The notes: a model not told the origin generated them from the letters alone. 64,000 nucleotides of DNA from Eledone cirrhosa (GCA_964016885.1 OZ024742.1:120962001-121026000), one strand, 5' to 3'; positions 23,841 to 34,810 are shown, counted from the stretch's first letter. Made by a program: numbers and translations.

Positions 23841-25624
23841 ACTTTTAATAATTATAGATTCAATACAACATGGATTATGAAAGAAAAAAATGTATACAGA
23901 GTCATATGTTTTTTATTGCTTAGTTAAAAGGAAGTGTAGTGCCCATAATTATCTATAGGAACCTCCAAATTGGTGGAAGGTAAAAAAGAAGGAAGCTATT
24001 TTCAAAGCAAGTGGGGGCATTTAACTGGGTACTGTTTCCGCTTACCACCTATGGAAGCCAGGATGGGTTTTGAACTCAGAATGTTAAGAACTAGAAAAAA
24101 TATTGCAAAGCATTCTATTTCCCATTCTAATGACTTTGCTAGTTTACTAATTTAGATATTTACTTTGTTTATGGAACCCTGGAAGAATAAAAAGCAAAGT
24201 TGAACACCGTGAGACTTGAACTTGGAAGACAAGGAGTTGGAATAAATACTGCAAAGCATTTCTATAAATAAGGCAAAGTCAATCCAAATATGTTTAACAG
24301 ATATATATTTAGTCTTGCTGTTAAATTAAGCTTGTAGTTAAACAGCAGGACTTTCAACAAAAATGAAGAATGAATTGACTTATTTTGTTGTTTTTAAGCT
24401 CAGCAGAGAGCTTTCCAGTCTGTTGAAAATATGTAAAATAAAACTACTTATTTAAAATGTAAATAAAATTGTTATTTACATAATGATTGTCAGATGTAAA
24501 TAAATTGAACCTGCAGAGGAGAAGACTGAAGAAGATGGTAGAGGTGATGAGGGCTGGTTTTAGCTTGCTTATGTTCACAAAGGACAAAGGACTGCAACTA
24601 GTAGAGATACACACTGTTGAAACTACCATCATCATCACCACCACCACCACAACCACCACCATCTTTCTAAATAATAAAACAATCCTCACAGTAATGACTC
24701 TTTCGTGATTGTATGATGAATCAGCTATACAGATAACCATCTTACCATAAACTACCTGTCAGAAAGTAAATATCAGCGCCTGCATTTTGAGAAGAACTAA
24801 AATCTGTTTTTATTTATTTTGCTTGTAGAAAAGTCAGAAACTGCCAAATTATTTTGGAATGTAAAAGTAGATTGTTTTATTAGTATTGTGTAGTGATTAT
24901 ATATATTTTTTCTATTAAGACAATTGACACTGCTCTCTATATGAGGATAATGTTTTGTTATATAACTCTCACTATATTTTACCCAAGAATGCTGCTTAAG
25001 TGCAGATACACTAAGACTAGGACAGAAACAGCAAACATTATGACTAAGAGTATGACATAAAGGAATCCCCAAACCCCAGTCTTCAGCAATGAAATTCATC
25101 TACTTTTCTTTTGGATTGTAGTGATGTTCATGTTTTTCCTATGAGTTATAAGCAGCATAGTGTGGCCCAAGTTGTCAACCATCATGCAGTGGCCCAGGAA
25201 ACTAATCACGGATCCCTTATCTTGATCAAGTGAATGACAGCAACTTAAGACAACAACAGTCTAATATGCAAGACAAGAGAGTGAGAGAAATATAGTATGT
25301 AAGTAGTAAAGGACCTTAACTCCCAATGGAGTTGTAGGGGCACCATCATGATACAAACCTTGTTGGGCCTTTTAAACTTGGCAAATCCTATCCCCTGCCA
25401 GGTCAGAGCAGCTGATTTCTAACAAACAAAAAAAAAGAGAGAGAGAGAGAGTGTCCAAGATTGACCAGATGAAAGTTATTTATATTTAAACTATTTAAAC
25501 AGAAGAATAAAAAATAAACAGAAAATAAACCACTGTTGAATATTAACAGATAGATATGTATATCTGTGTGTGTATGTGTGTGTGTGTGTGTGTGTGTGTA
25601 TGATAAAGAGATATAGAGGAAGAA

Positions 25625-25780
25625 TCAACCTCAGTTCTGGACTGGTACTTTATCAATTTTGAAAGAATGAAAGGAAAAGTTGATCTCGGTGGGATTTGAA
25701 CACAAAGAACAGTGAACCAGAACAAATACCAAGGTATGTTTAATCCGACACACTAACATTTCTGTCAGTTTGCTGCCTCA
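25625..25780 (-). mobile_element. Diverged Nin/Deu-type SINE
   Basis: CTGGTACTTTATCAATTTTGAAAGAATGAAAGG...GGGATTTGAAC. Confidence 0.65.
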
Positions 25781-26200
25781 TCATCATCATCATCATCATC
25801 ATCGTTTAACGTCCGTGTTCCATGCTTGCATGGGTTTGGACGGGAGTTTTCCCACTTGAGGCAAGAGTGGTTGTCTTGCTCGCATAGGACTGTCTGGCGG
25901 GTTTTCTACAGTTGGATGCCCTTCCTAACACCAACCACATTTACAGTGTGGGGCTGGGAGGTTTTTACCGTGTTGCCTACATGGCCACATTACAGCGTGG
26001 ACTGTCTGGCAGGTTTTCTACAGCTGGATGCCCTTCCTAACACCAACCACATTTACAGTGTGGGACTGGGAGGTTTTTACCGTGTTGCCTACACAGTCAC
26101 ATTACAGCGTGGACTGTGTGTTTTTTTGTCGTGACACCTACACGATCTCATTTGTTTCGGCCTGGATTTTGTGGCACCAACATAACTTTACATTGAAAGG
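25780..26200 (-). mobile_element. RTE-tail SINE with an internal ~114-bp tandem duplication
   Basis: (CAT)n, TTTAACGTCCG; GGACTGTCTGGC...ATTACAGCGT occurs twice (25887, 25999). Confidence 0.7.
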
Positions 26201-26285
26201 GGCGGTGTGGATGGGGTGGGGGTGGTGGGACGGGGGTGTATTTTGTTAGAGATGCCTACTGACTGTAGTAGGTTTTACTTTGTAT

Positions 26286-27085
26286 TTAGGTAACGCGGGT
26301 CTTCTCTATTACTGAGTACCGCCAAAGCTCTCGGTCCAGTGACATTGTCTTGGAGAGGTGTAAGTGTGTGAGGTCGGAATTTATCAGCTCGTCCCAGGTT
26401 TTTCTGGGTCTGCCTACTCCGTGGCTACCGTCTATCTTTATTGCCCTGCACTTTTTTATACAGCTGTCGTCTTTCATGCGCATCACGTGACCATACCAAC
26501 GTAGCCTTCTCTCGAGTAAACAACATCTGATCCCTCTTATTTCTAATTTTTTCCTTAGTTCGTTTATGCTTTGCCGTTCACGTATATTACTATTGCACAT
26601 CCAGCGGAGCATGCAAGCTTCGTTCCTCTCTAGTCTGCGTATATCCTCTGCACACAATGCCCAGGTCTCACTGCCATGCAGCATTGCTGTTCGTATGCAG
26701 GCATCATACAACCTGCCTTTCATTTTTAGGGAGAACCCTTTAGCGGCTAATAGTGGTATAAGCTCTCTGAACTTTTTCCATCCAGTTCTGACTCTAGCTA
26801 CTGTACTTTCGGAGAACCCTCCCCCACTGCTGATTTTGTCACCCAGGTAACGGAAGCTGTCCACTATTTCTATAGAACCCTCTGCGCAGTTGAAAGAGCT
26901 AGTATTTTGTGGGCACTTGCTGCTACTTATTGCACCAGAGCACCGGCCACATGTAAAATCTGTGTTCTTAGTTAGCTTACCTGTGATCCCACTACATCTT
27001 TTATGCACCCATACTTTGCATTTGGGACATAAAATGGAGTTTCTACCTACGCCTTTCCTACACACCGAGCATGGCCATTTCCCTA
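26286..27085 (-). mobile_element. RTE LINE ORF2 C-terminal fragment (young; open for 259 aa)
   Basis: CSVCRKGVGRNSILCPKCKVWVHKRC zinc finger, DSFRYLGD, MLHGSETW, RRLRWYGHVMR, GRPRKTW. Confidence 0.92.
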
Positions 27086-28564
27086 TAGTAACATATGTGA
27101 AGTGAAATAACTACAACTTGTAATGAAATCAAGTTTCATGCTCTGTTTGCTATGAGTTTAACTTGCTTTTATTTTACAGTCTCTCCTTTCTTTCATTACA
27201 AAATATAAATAATCTGTTACTTTTTCTATATCTTCTGTAATAATTAATTCTTTACTCAAAGGATGATTAGATATCATAGATAAACTAAAAAAAATAATAA
27301 ATGATTATATTTGCATGTCATTTTCTTAGCTATGGAAAATATTTGTTTTGAATGTGTAATTGTGATTAGCAACATCATTAGTAAGGAAAACAAACAATTT
27401 GTTTTCTTATTTCCTTGCCCTTGCATCTATCAAACTTGTTACAACAGGAAAGAATCACCAGCAACTCTTAGTAATTCAGTAACTATCAGACATAACTAAC
27501 AGCTGGCTACAGAGATAAATTTATGGACTTGGCAAAAGATAGTATTGGCTAGAGGGAAATCTGTTTCTTATTTCTAGAAAGCTATTAATAAAACTGAATA
27601 TGGGTTAAAGTTTTCACTAAGGTAAACAAGAAAATATAAAACTAAAGAAATAAATGCCCAAACCATAGAAAACATGTTGCAAGTATGGTTAGGGAAAGAT
27701 TGACCAATAGTGAATAAGAAATATTCTTTACATGTCTTGTTTCCTGATCACAGAATGTATGTCAAATTAGTTGTTATTATAAGATAAGAAGAGTTGAAGG
27801 TTATATGATGGCAGAAACAGTTGCATGCTAGATTAAAGAAGTTTTTCAGTATGAAAATGTGCACATTTTGAGTTTAAACCTTAGTGTGTCATATCTCATT
27901 AAACCCCATATTAAACACAAAATCCAACCTCCTCTCATCATCTCTAATGTATATGATCCCATTAAATCCTCTTATCGTCCCTAATGTGTTACACTGCATT
28001 AACCCCCACCACATATTAAACACACAACACAACCTCTTCTTATCATCCCTATTGTATCTCACTTCATTTAAGTGAAGCTATCTAACTGACCTAACACTTA
28101 TACTCCCATTAGTCTGGTGCAAGATAACTCCCTTCGTCTTTATAGTTTATTGGCAATGTTTTATATTTTAGATATAAACCTTAAGAAAGATTAATTTAAC
28201 AAGATTAAGTCAGTTGTTCATATAGGTCTCTTAGATCAATGACCCATTCCACCTAACTATAAGTAGGTATCATGGACTGGTATATGTCATTAATATAAGC
28301 ACTACATAACTGAAGAAAGTATTGTTATTGTGTTGTGTTGAAGCTAGATATTAAGCTACAAGTGTCTAAAATCCTATCCAGGGGAAGAAATGTTTCCTAA
28401 AACCTCAACACTATACAACAACAATGTATTTAAAGGCTACTAGAGCAGAAGTTAGTCTTGTGGACCCCTTCAGATGAGGTCTTTTAGAGGCAAAGTTTTA
28501 TAGCCAGATTCCCTTCCCAGTGCCAATCCTTTTAATCACTTCTTACAACATGCAGTGTCACCAT

Positions 28565-29360
28565 AATAATCCTCATCACCACTGTTTAATGTTTATTTTC
28601 CTTGCTTGCATGGGTTAGATGGGTTGTCATATTTTGAGGCTTGACTAATTAGATGAAAATGTCCTGCTCATAGGTTCCATTTTGGGTTTGGGTTCTATAG
28701 CTGGATGCCCTTCCTAATGCTAACCACTTTACAGTATCTACTGGGAACATTTTATCATGGCACTAGCACTATCATCTTATTGGGTGTACTGGGTGCTTTT
28801 GTTGTGATGTCAACACTACCGCCTTACACGTGGACTGGGTGCTTTTGTTGTGGCACCAGCACTACCACCTTAAGTATAGACTGGGTGCTTTTGTTGTGGC
28901 ACCAGCACTACCGCCTTACAGTATGGACTGGGTGATTTTGTCGTGACACCAGCACTACCACTTTACCGTATGGACTGGTGATTTTGTCATGACACCAGCA
29001 TTACCACTTTACAGTATGGACTGGGTACTTTTGTCATGATGTCAACACTACCGCCTTACAGCATGGATTAGGTAATTTTTTCGTGACACCAGCACTACCA
29101 CTTTACAGTATGGACAGGGTGCTTTTGTTGTGGCACCAGCACTACCACTTTACAGTGTGGACTGGGTGATTTTGTCATGACACCAGCACTACTACTTTAC
29201 AGGTGGACTGGGTACTTTTGTCATGGCACCAACACTACCACTTTACAGTGTGGACTGGGTACTTTTGTTGTGGCACCAGTGCTACCACTTTACAGTGTGG
29301 ACTGGATATTATGTTGTGGCACCAGTTATATTGCTTTACAGTGTGGACTGGGTGCTTTTA
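28565..29360 (-). mobile_element. RTE-tail SINE with internal ~44-bp unit expanded to about 14 copies
   Basis: Repeated ACTTTACAGTGTGGACTGGGTGCTTTTGTTGTGGCACCAGCACTACC-like units at 28725-29360. Confidence 0.8.
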
Positions 29361-30214
29361 GACATGTTTATACATGCACACATACATCCCCCGCCTATAC
29401 ACACACACACCATGTACAAATAAACACACACATACACAAGCAAATACATACACACAAACACGTATACACACACAGTCCTACCTATGCTAGCATGGAAAAT
29501 GGATGTTAAACGATGATGATGATCATTACCATGATCATGATGATGGGACATTTTGGTTACCCACTATCTATATCTGTTAATATTTAACAATGGTTTATTT
29601 TCTGTTCATTTTTATTCTTCTGTTTGAATATTCTACTGTTTAAATAGTTTAAATATATTTAACTTTCATCTGAACAATCTTCGACAAAAGCTGTAACAAT
29701 ACTTTCTCATTTTTATTTTTTCTATTTATTCTTTGGTTTTATTCAACATAATTCAATAGATTTAACCTTTTCTGAAAGTCAAGTTCAGTAAAAAACAATA
29801 AAGGGAATATTTTTAAAGAGTTAACAAAAACCTGAAACTGTTTGCTCTTACTGTTTTACAGCTATATTTTACATTGCCAGCTGGGCTGGAAATCTACTTA
29901 TTTGCATACAGTTGGAGTAATTGTTATTGTTGTTGTTGTTTATCCCCCCATCCTCACCTCAATCAACTCTGATCGAGCAGACATATGATCACAGGCATTC
30001 CAGCTGTGATTTTACTGTTTTATTTAATGCACCATTTCCTTTTGTTAAAGTGATGTGATATGATTTAAGGGAGATTTGGTTGATATTTCTAACATATTAA
30101 GTGACTACATACTGGCTTTCTTGTTGGTTTTTTGGAGTAATTGCTTCAACAACTGTATGCTTTTCAATGCTAATGTCCATTAATTAATGAATGTGAAAGG
30201 AAAACCTAGAGAAC

Positions 30215-30470
30215 ATCATCACCATCCTTACCATTAACGTCCACTTTTCCACACTAGCATGGATTAGACAAGTTATCCTGTTGTGAACAATGCCAGAACT
30301 GATTCTGGCTTGGTTTCTACAGCTGGATGCCCTTCCTAGCGCTAGCCTTATTTACAGTGAGTACTGGCTGCTTTTTGTTGTGACGCCTACATGATCACTT
30401 TACAGTGAGTATTGGGTGCTTTTTGCCATGACACCTACACAACCACTTTACAGTCTGGGCTGGAGGCATC
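30215..30470 (-). mobile_element. RTE-tail SINE fragment
   Basis: TTTCTACAGCTGGATGCCCTTCCTA and internal TTTACAGTG repeats. Confidence 0.75.
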
Positions 30471-30809
30471 ACTGGATGTATACTTTAGCTTGTCCTATTG
30501 AGGGATGTATGGGAGTGGGTTGGGTGGTGCATGCTATATATTCAGGGAATTCGGGTCTTTTGTATTACTGCATAACGCCAGAAATATTTAAATAATTTCT
30601 GGTGAATACTGTAAAGAAGTGTGACTCAGGCAAATTGAGAACATGACCTCATTTCAATTGTGGTTTATAAACAACTTTGCTTTTCCAGAATAGTATTACA
30701 ACATTACTCCTCCCTTTTCTACCAAAATATAGGGCCTTTGTTTCTAATGATTTCTTTCAAAATGGTTATGGGGTGACAGAAATGTGATATCTAGTCACTT
30801 CCCACTATG

Positions 30810-31030
30810 TAGTGAGTTCCAGTGCTGCTGAGGTTGACTTTTCTTTCCACCAATGGGAAGACTTCAAGACATGGTGATGGAACAAAGAATGAGACTTACT
30901 GGTCTTGTTCTATCACTGCCAGATCATCAGTATGCAAAAAACAACATTGGGATGGACATGGGGAAGACCTTAGCTCAGATGGCAGTGAATCTTCTACGAG
31001 GACCCACAAGGTTGATAATAGATGCAGAGA
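30810..31030 (+). mobile_element. Highly decayed LINE (RTE-like) 3' remnant
   Basis: LQDMVMEQRMRLTGLVLSLPDHQYAK resembles the RTE 'RRLR.AGH.LR.P..R.AK' motif. Confidence 0.45.
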
Positions 31031-31148
31031 AAACATCGAAGAACATGCAACTGATTGAGAACACTAAAAGAAAATGGTTACCCAATACACAAACAAGCAT
31101 GAAATGGATTGATTGAATATATCCATTAGTTGGTTCAGTCATCTATAC

Positions 31149-31497
31149 CAGCGGTCACCAACTGGTGGTCTGCAGAAAAATGTGGTTATTATTTGCAATT
31201 TTTATGCTTTATTAATAATAAAACAAAAACTAATATTCGGTTAAAATATGTTTTATAACACCCCTAAAAAATATTTCTCCTCTGTAAAGAAGAAACATCC
31301 ATGAAAGAATTTTACACATGTGTATCATCTATCGACAATATGACACACGTACACTTCAGTAACTAATAAAATGGAAGTTCTCTGATAATTATTTTAAAAA
31401 TGTATTTATCTTTTCAAAAAAATTCATATTAGTGGTGCGCCGGATTTAAAATTATAAATTTAGTGGTCCATGAGGTCCGAAAGGTTGGCGACCGCTG
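31149..31497. mobile_element. hAT (Charlie-like) MITE
   Basis: TIRs CAGCGGTCACCAAC / GTTGGCGACCGCTG; 8-bp TSD ATCTATAC / ATCTATGC. Confidence 0.88.
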
Positions 31498-31913
31498 ATC
31501 TATGCCCTCTCTTCTACAACTTTGTAACCCTTGAATTAGTTGGTGATATTAATAAACTCTTAGTTTTTAACTTCTTTATAAAAGGATGAAGGATGAGGAC
31601 TCTTTGTATTGGTTATATGACTTTCAGTGATAGACATTAACAATGTAAGTGAAATGCATAGAAATTAAACGGGTGACAGTTGTTTTATGGTCACTCCATA
31701 GCACTTGTTACTAAATGATATCTAGAATTGTTTGAATGTGTGTGTGTGTGTTTGCATGTGTGTGTGTGTGTATGTGTGTGTATTTGTGTGTATGTGTGTG
31801 TGTGCGCATGTGTATGTGTGTATGTGTGCATGTGTGTGTGTTTCTGTGTGCATGTGTAAATGCACATGTGTGTCTATCTATGTGTACACTTATTCTATTC
31901 AGTAGAATTTTAA

Positions 31914-32140
31914 CCCATTAATGTTCAAACCGGCCAAAACCGGCCAGAATTCTCTACCTCTTTCTGTTGAAACTGGCTGTAACTGGTTGCTCAAACTGAT
32001 GTTAAGGTATTGTTCTCCAAATAAATACTTTCAAAATCTCATAGATTTGATATTATGTGAGATAATTATGCAAGGTAAAGCCTTTACCAAGAAAATATAA
32101 CAGTATATATAAATGTAAATGTAATGTAAATGCTAAAGGG
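31914..32140. mobile_element. piggyBac-type MITE, full length
   Basis: TTAA|CCCATTAATGTT...AATGCTAAAGGG|TTAA. Confidence 0.85.
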
Positions 32141-32384
32141 TTAATCTATAATACAACCAACATTTATAATTGGATTTCTCTAAAATTTCTCATCTAAATC
32201 ATTATTTTTTATGTGTTCCTAAAATGAATTATAAATAAAGAAATAAATGAATAAATAAATAAATAAATAAATAATAGAAAATTTGAATAATAATAATAAT
32301 AATAAATTCCAAGATGTACCTGATTGTTTGTGGAAGAATGGAAATGTTTGATATATTTATTAAACCATGGCTCATAATAATAAT

Positions 32385-32537
32385 AATGTTTCTACTTTTG
32401 GCACAAGGTCAGCAATTACACTAGTGCATTACTGGTACTTTACTTTATCGATCTCGTAAGGATGAAAGGCAAAGGTAAAAGGCCATAACTCTATGCTGCA
32501 AAGCATGGTGTCTGATGCTCTACCGATACTGCCAAAC
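32385..32537 (-). mobile_element. Nin/Deu-type SINE (internal deletion)
   Basis: Homologous to 2292-2458; (TAA)n tail. Confidence 0.8.
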
Positions 32538-32688
32538 TGTTGTAGTTTGCTTGAAGCATTGTATATAATATATGATATAATGTGGAAAGTGATACAAGGC
32601 TAAATAATGCAAAATGAACGGTAAGATGAAGGTAACGAAAAATTTAGTTACCTGGTAATATTTGTTTGTTTTTGTTGTTACTTTTGTC

Positions 32689-32724
32689 CTAATATTTCGG
32701 GACTTAAAATTCCCTTCTTCAGAG
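32689..32724 (-). ncRNA. Degenerate minimal hammerhead-like motif
   Basis: Minus strand: CU-CUGAAGA-A-GGGA-AUUUUAAG-UCCC-GAAA-UAUU-AG. Core and stem II intact; stem I only 2 bp. Confidence 0.45.
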
Positions 32725-33072
32725 TTTAAGGAACTCTTGGAGAAAACTGTTCCGGTTTCTTCTCTTTGGAATTAAATTTATTATATAATATAAATATAAA
32801 TTTAATAAATTAGATATATAATAAATTTAATATATAATAATAATAATGATGATTAAGTTAAAGATGTACATCCATATATGTATACTGAAATACTAGTATG
32901 TATATGAATACACACACGTATACATATGTAGATGTACCAAGTTTTTTCACTGGTCACTTTACTGTGAGTGGCCAGCTATTCTGTATGTAAACACACAGAC
33001 AAACCGGTTTTTAGAGTCATACTGGTTTTTGAGGAAACACCTTTCCTCTATTCTCCAGAAAGCCAGACAAGG

Positions 33073-33117
33073 AATATTGAACTAGTTTCGTTGTTGTTAC
33101 AACTCATCAGCAATATT
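33073..33117 (-). ncRNA. Minimal type I hammerhead ribozyme, copy 1
   Basis: AAUAUUG-CUGAUGA-GUUGU-AACA-ACAAC-GAAA-CUAG-UU|CAAUAUU. 7-bp stem I, 5-bp stem II, palindromic AACUAGUU stem III. Confidence 0.9.
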
Positions 33118-33539
33118 TACCTATCTTCCGGCCTCTCTAGAGAATCGTAAAAGCACATATCGTTATATGCTTTTTCTATGAAAATTAGTAGTGGGCAGAC
33201 TAATTTGCATAGAGTGTGAGTAAGTACCGGTTCAACGGAGACGATAAAAACAAATAACGAAACGAAATTAAATTTCGTTTCGTTTGTAACTCACTTTTGT
33301 ATGACTGACGCTTAAACAATTAAGTTAAAGATGTACATCCATATATGTATACTGAAATACTAGTATGTATATGAATACACACACGTATACATATGTAGAT
33401 GTACCAAGTTTTTTCACTGGTCACTTTACTGTGAGTGGCCAGCTATTCTGTATGTAAACACACAGACAAACCGGTTTTTAGAGTCATACTGGTTTTTGAG
33501 GAAACACCTTTCCTCTATTCTCCAGAAAGCCAGACAAGG

Positions 33540-33584
33540 AATATTGAACTAGTTTCGTTGTTGTTACAACTCATCAGCAATATT
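33540..33584 (-). ncRNA. Minimal type I hammerhead ribozyme, copy 2
   Basis: Identical to copy 1, 467 bp away. Confidence 0.9.
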
Positions 33585-33787
33585 TACCTATCTTCCGGCC
33601 TCTCTAGAGAATCGTAAAAGCACATATCGTTATATGCTTTTTCTATGAAAATTAGTAGTGGGCAGACTAATTTGCATAGAGTGTGAGTAAGTACCGGTTC
33701 AACGGAGACGATAAAAACAAATAACGAAACGAAATTAAATTTCGTTTCGTTTGTAACTCACTTTTGTATGACTGACGCTTAAACAAT

Positions 33788-33821
33788 TGAGTTGTAACAA
33801 CAACGAAACTAGTTCAATATT
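33788..33821 (+). ncRNA. 5'-truncated hammerhead at the inversion junction
   Basis: TGA-GTTGTAACAACAAC-GAAACTAGTTCAATATT; lacks the stem I 5' strand and CUGA. Confidence 0.8.
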
Positions 33822-34243
33822 CCTTGTCTGGCTTTCTGGAGAATAGAGGAAAGGTGTTTCCTCAAAAACCAGTATGACTCTAAAAACCGGTTTGTCTGTG
33901 TGTTTACATACAGAATAGCTGGCCACTCACAGTAAAGTGACCAGTGAAAAAACTTGGTACATCTACATATGTATACGTGTGTGTATTCATATACATACTA
34001 GTATTTCAGTATACATATATGGATGTACATCTTTAACTTAATTGTTTAAGCGTCAGTCATACAAAAGTGAGTTACAAACGAAACGAAATTTAATTTCGTT
34101 TCGTTATTTGTTTTTATCGTCTCCGTTGAACCGGTACTTACTCACACTCTATGCAAATTAGTCTGCCCACTACTAATTTTCATAGAAAAAGCATATAACG
34201 ATATGTGCTTTTACGATTCTCTAGAGAGGCCGGAAGATAGGTA

Positions 34244-34288
34244 AATATTGCTGATGAGTTGTAACAACAACGAAACTAGTTCAATATT
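34244..34288 (+). ncRNA. Minimal type I hammerhead ribozyme, plus-strand copy
   Basis: AATATTG CTGATGA GTTGT AACA ACAAC GAAA CTAG TT|CAATATT; predicted cleavage after 34281. Confidence 0.9.
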
Positions 34289-34596
34289 CCTTGTCTGGCT
34301 TTCTGGAGAATAGAGGAAAGGTGTTTCCTCAAAAACCAGTATGACTCTAAAAACCGGTTTGTCTGTGTGTTTACATACAGAATAGCTGGCCACTCACAGT
34401 AAAGTGACCAGTGAAAAAACTTGGTACATCTACATATGTATACGTGTGTGTATTCATATACATACTAGTATTTCAGTATACATATATGGATGTACATCTT
34501 TAACTTAATTGTTTAAGCGTCAGTCATACAAAAGTGAGTTACAAACGAAACGAAATTTAATTTCGTTTCGTTATTTGTTTTTAATAATAATGATGA

Positions 34597-34810
34597 TTTC
34601 TGATTTAGGCACAAGGCCAGCAATTTGGGGAGAGGGAAAAGTCGATTAGATTGACTCCAGTGTATTACTGGTGCTTTATTTTATTGACCTTGTAAGGATG
34701 AAAGGCAAAGTTAATCTCGGCGGGATTTGAACTCAGACAGTAAAGGGCTATAACTCTATGCTGCAAAGCATTGTGTCTGATGCTCTACCGACACTGCCTA
34801 TCCACTCCCC
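34597..34810 (-). mobile_element. Nin/Deu-type SINE whose A/T-rich tail received the retrozyme-like insertion
   Basis: Full-length match to 38206-38425 in reverse. Confidence 0.85.

Larger units (their letters stand above)
32852..34583. mobile_element. Hammerhead-bearing 467-bp tandem/inverted retrozyme-like insertion (2.0 units minus + 1.7 units plus)
   Basis: Units repeat at exactly 467 bp (32857 to 33324; HHRs 33073 to 33540); inversion point ~33788; flanking direct repeat TAATAATAATGATGATT at 32838-32854 and 34582-34598. Confidence 0.9.

Noticed and set aside
24493-24708. Possible second exon (DVNKLNLQRRRLKK...) in phase with the exon at 1-165
   Set aside because: Acceptor lacks a polypyrimidine tract, the frame runs into a (CAC)n repeat, and a phase match has a 1-in-3 chance.
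32968-34393. Repeated 60-aa ORF MASYSVCKH...
   Set aside because: GTG start, antisense to the ribozyme strand, no recognisable domain; it repeats only because the unit repeats.
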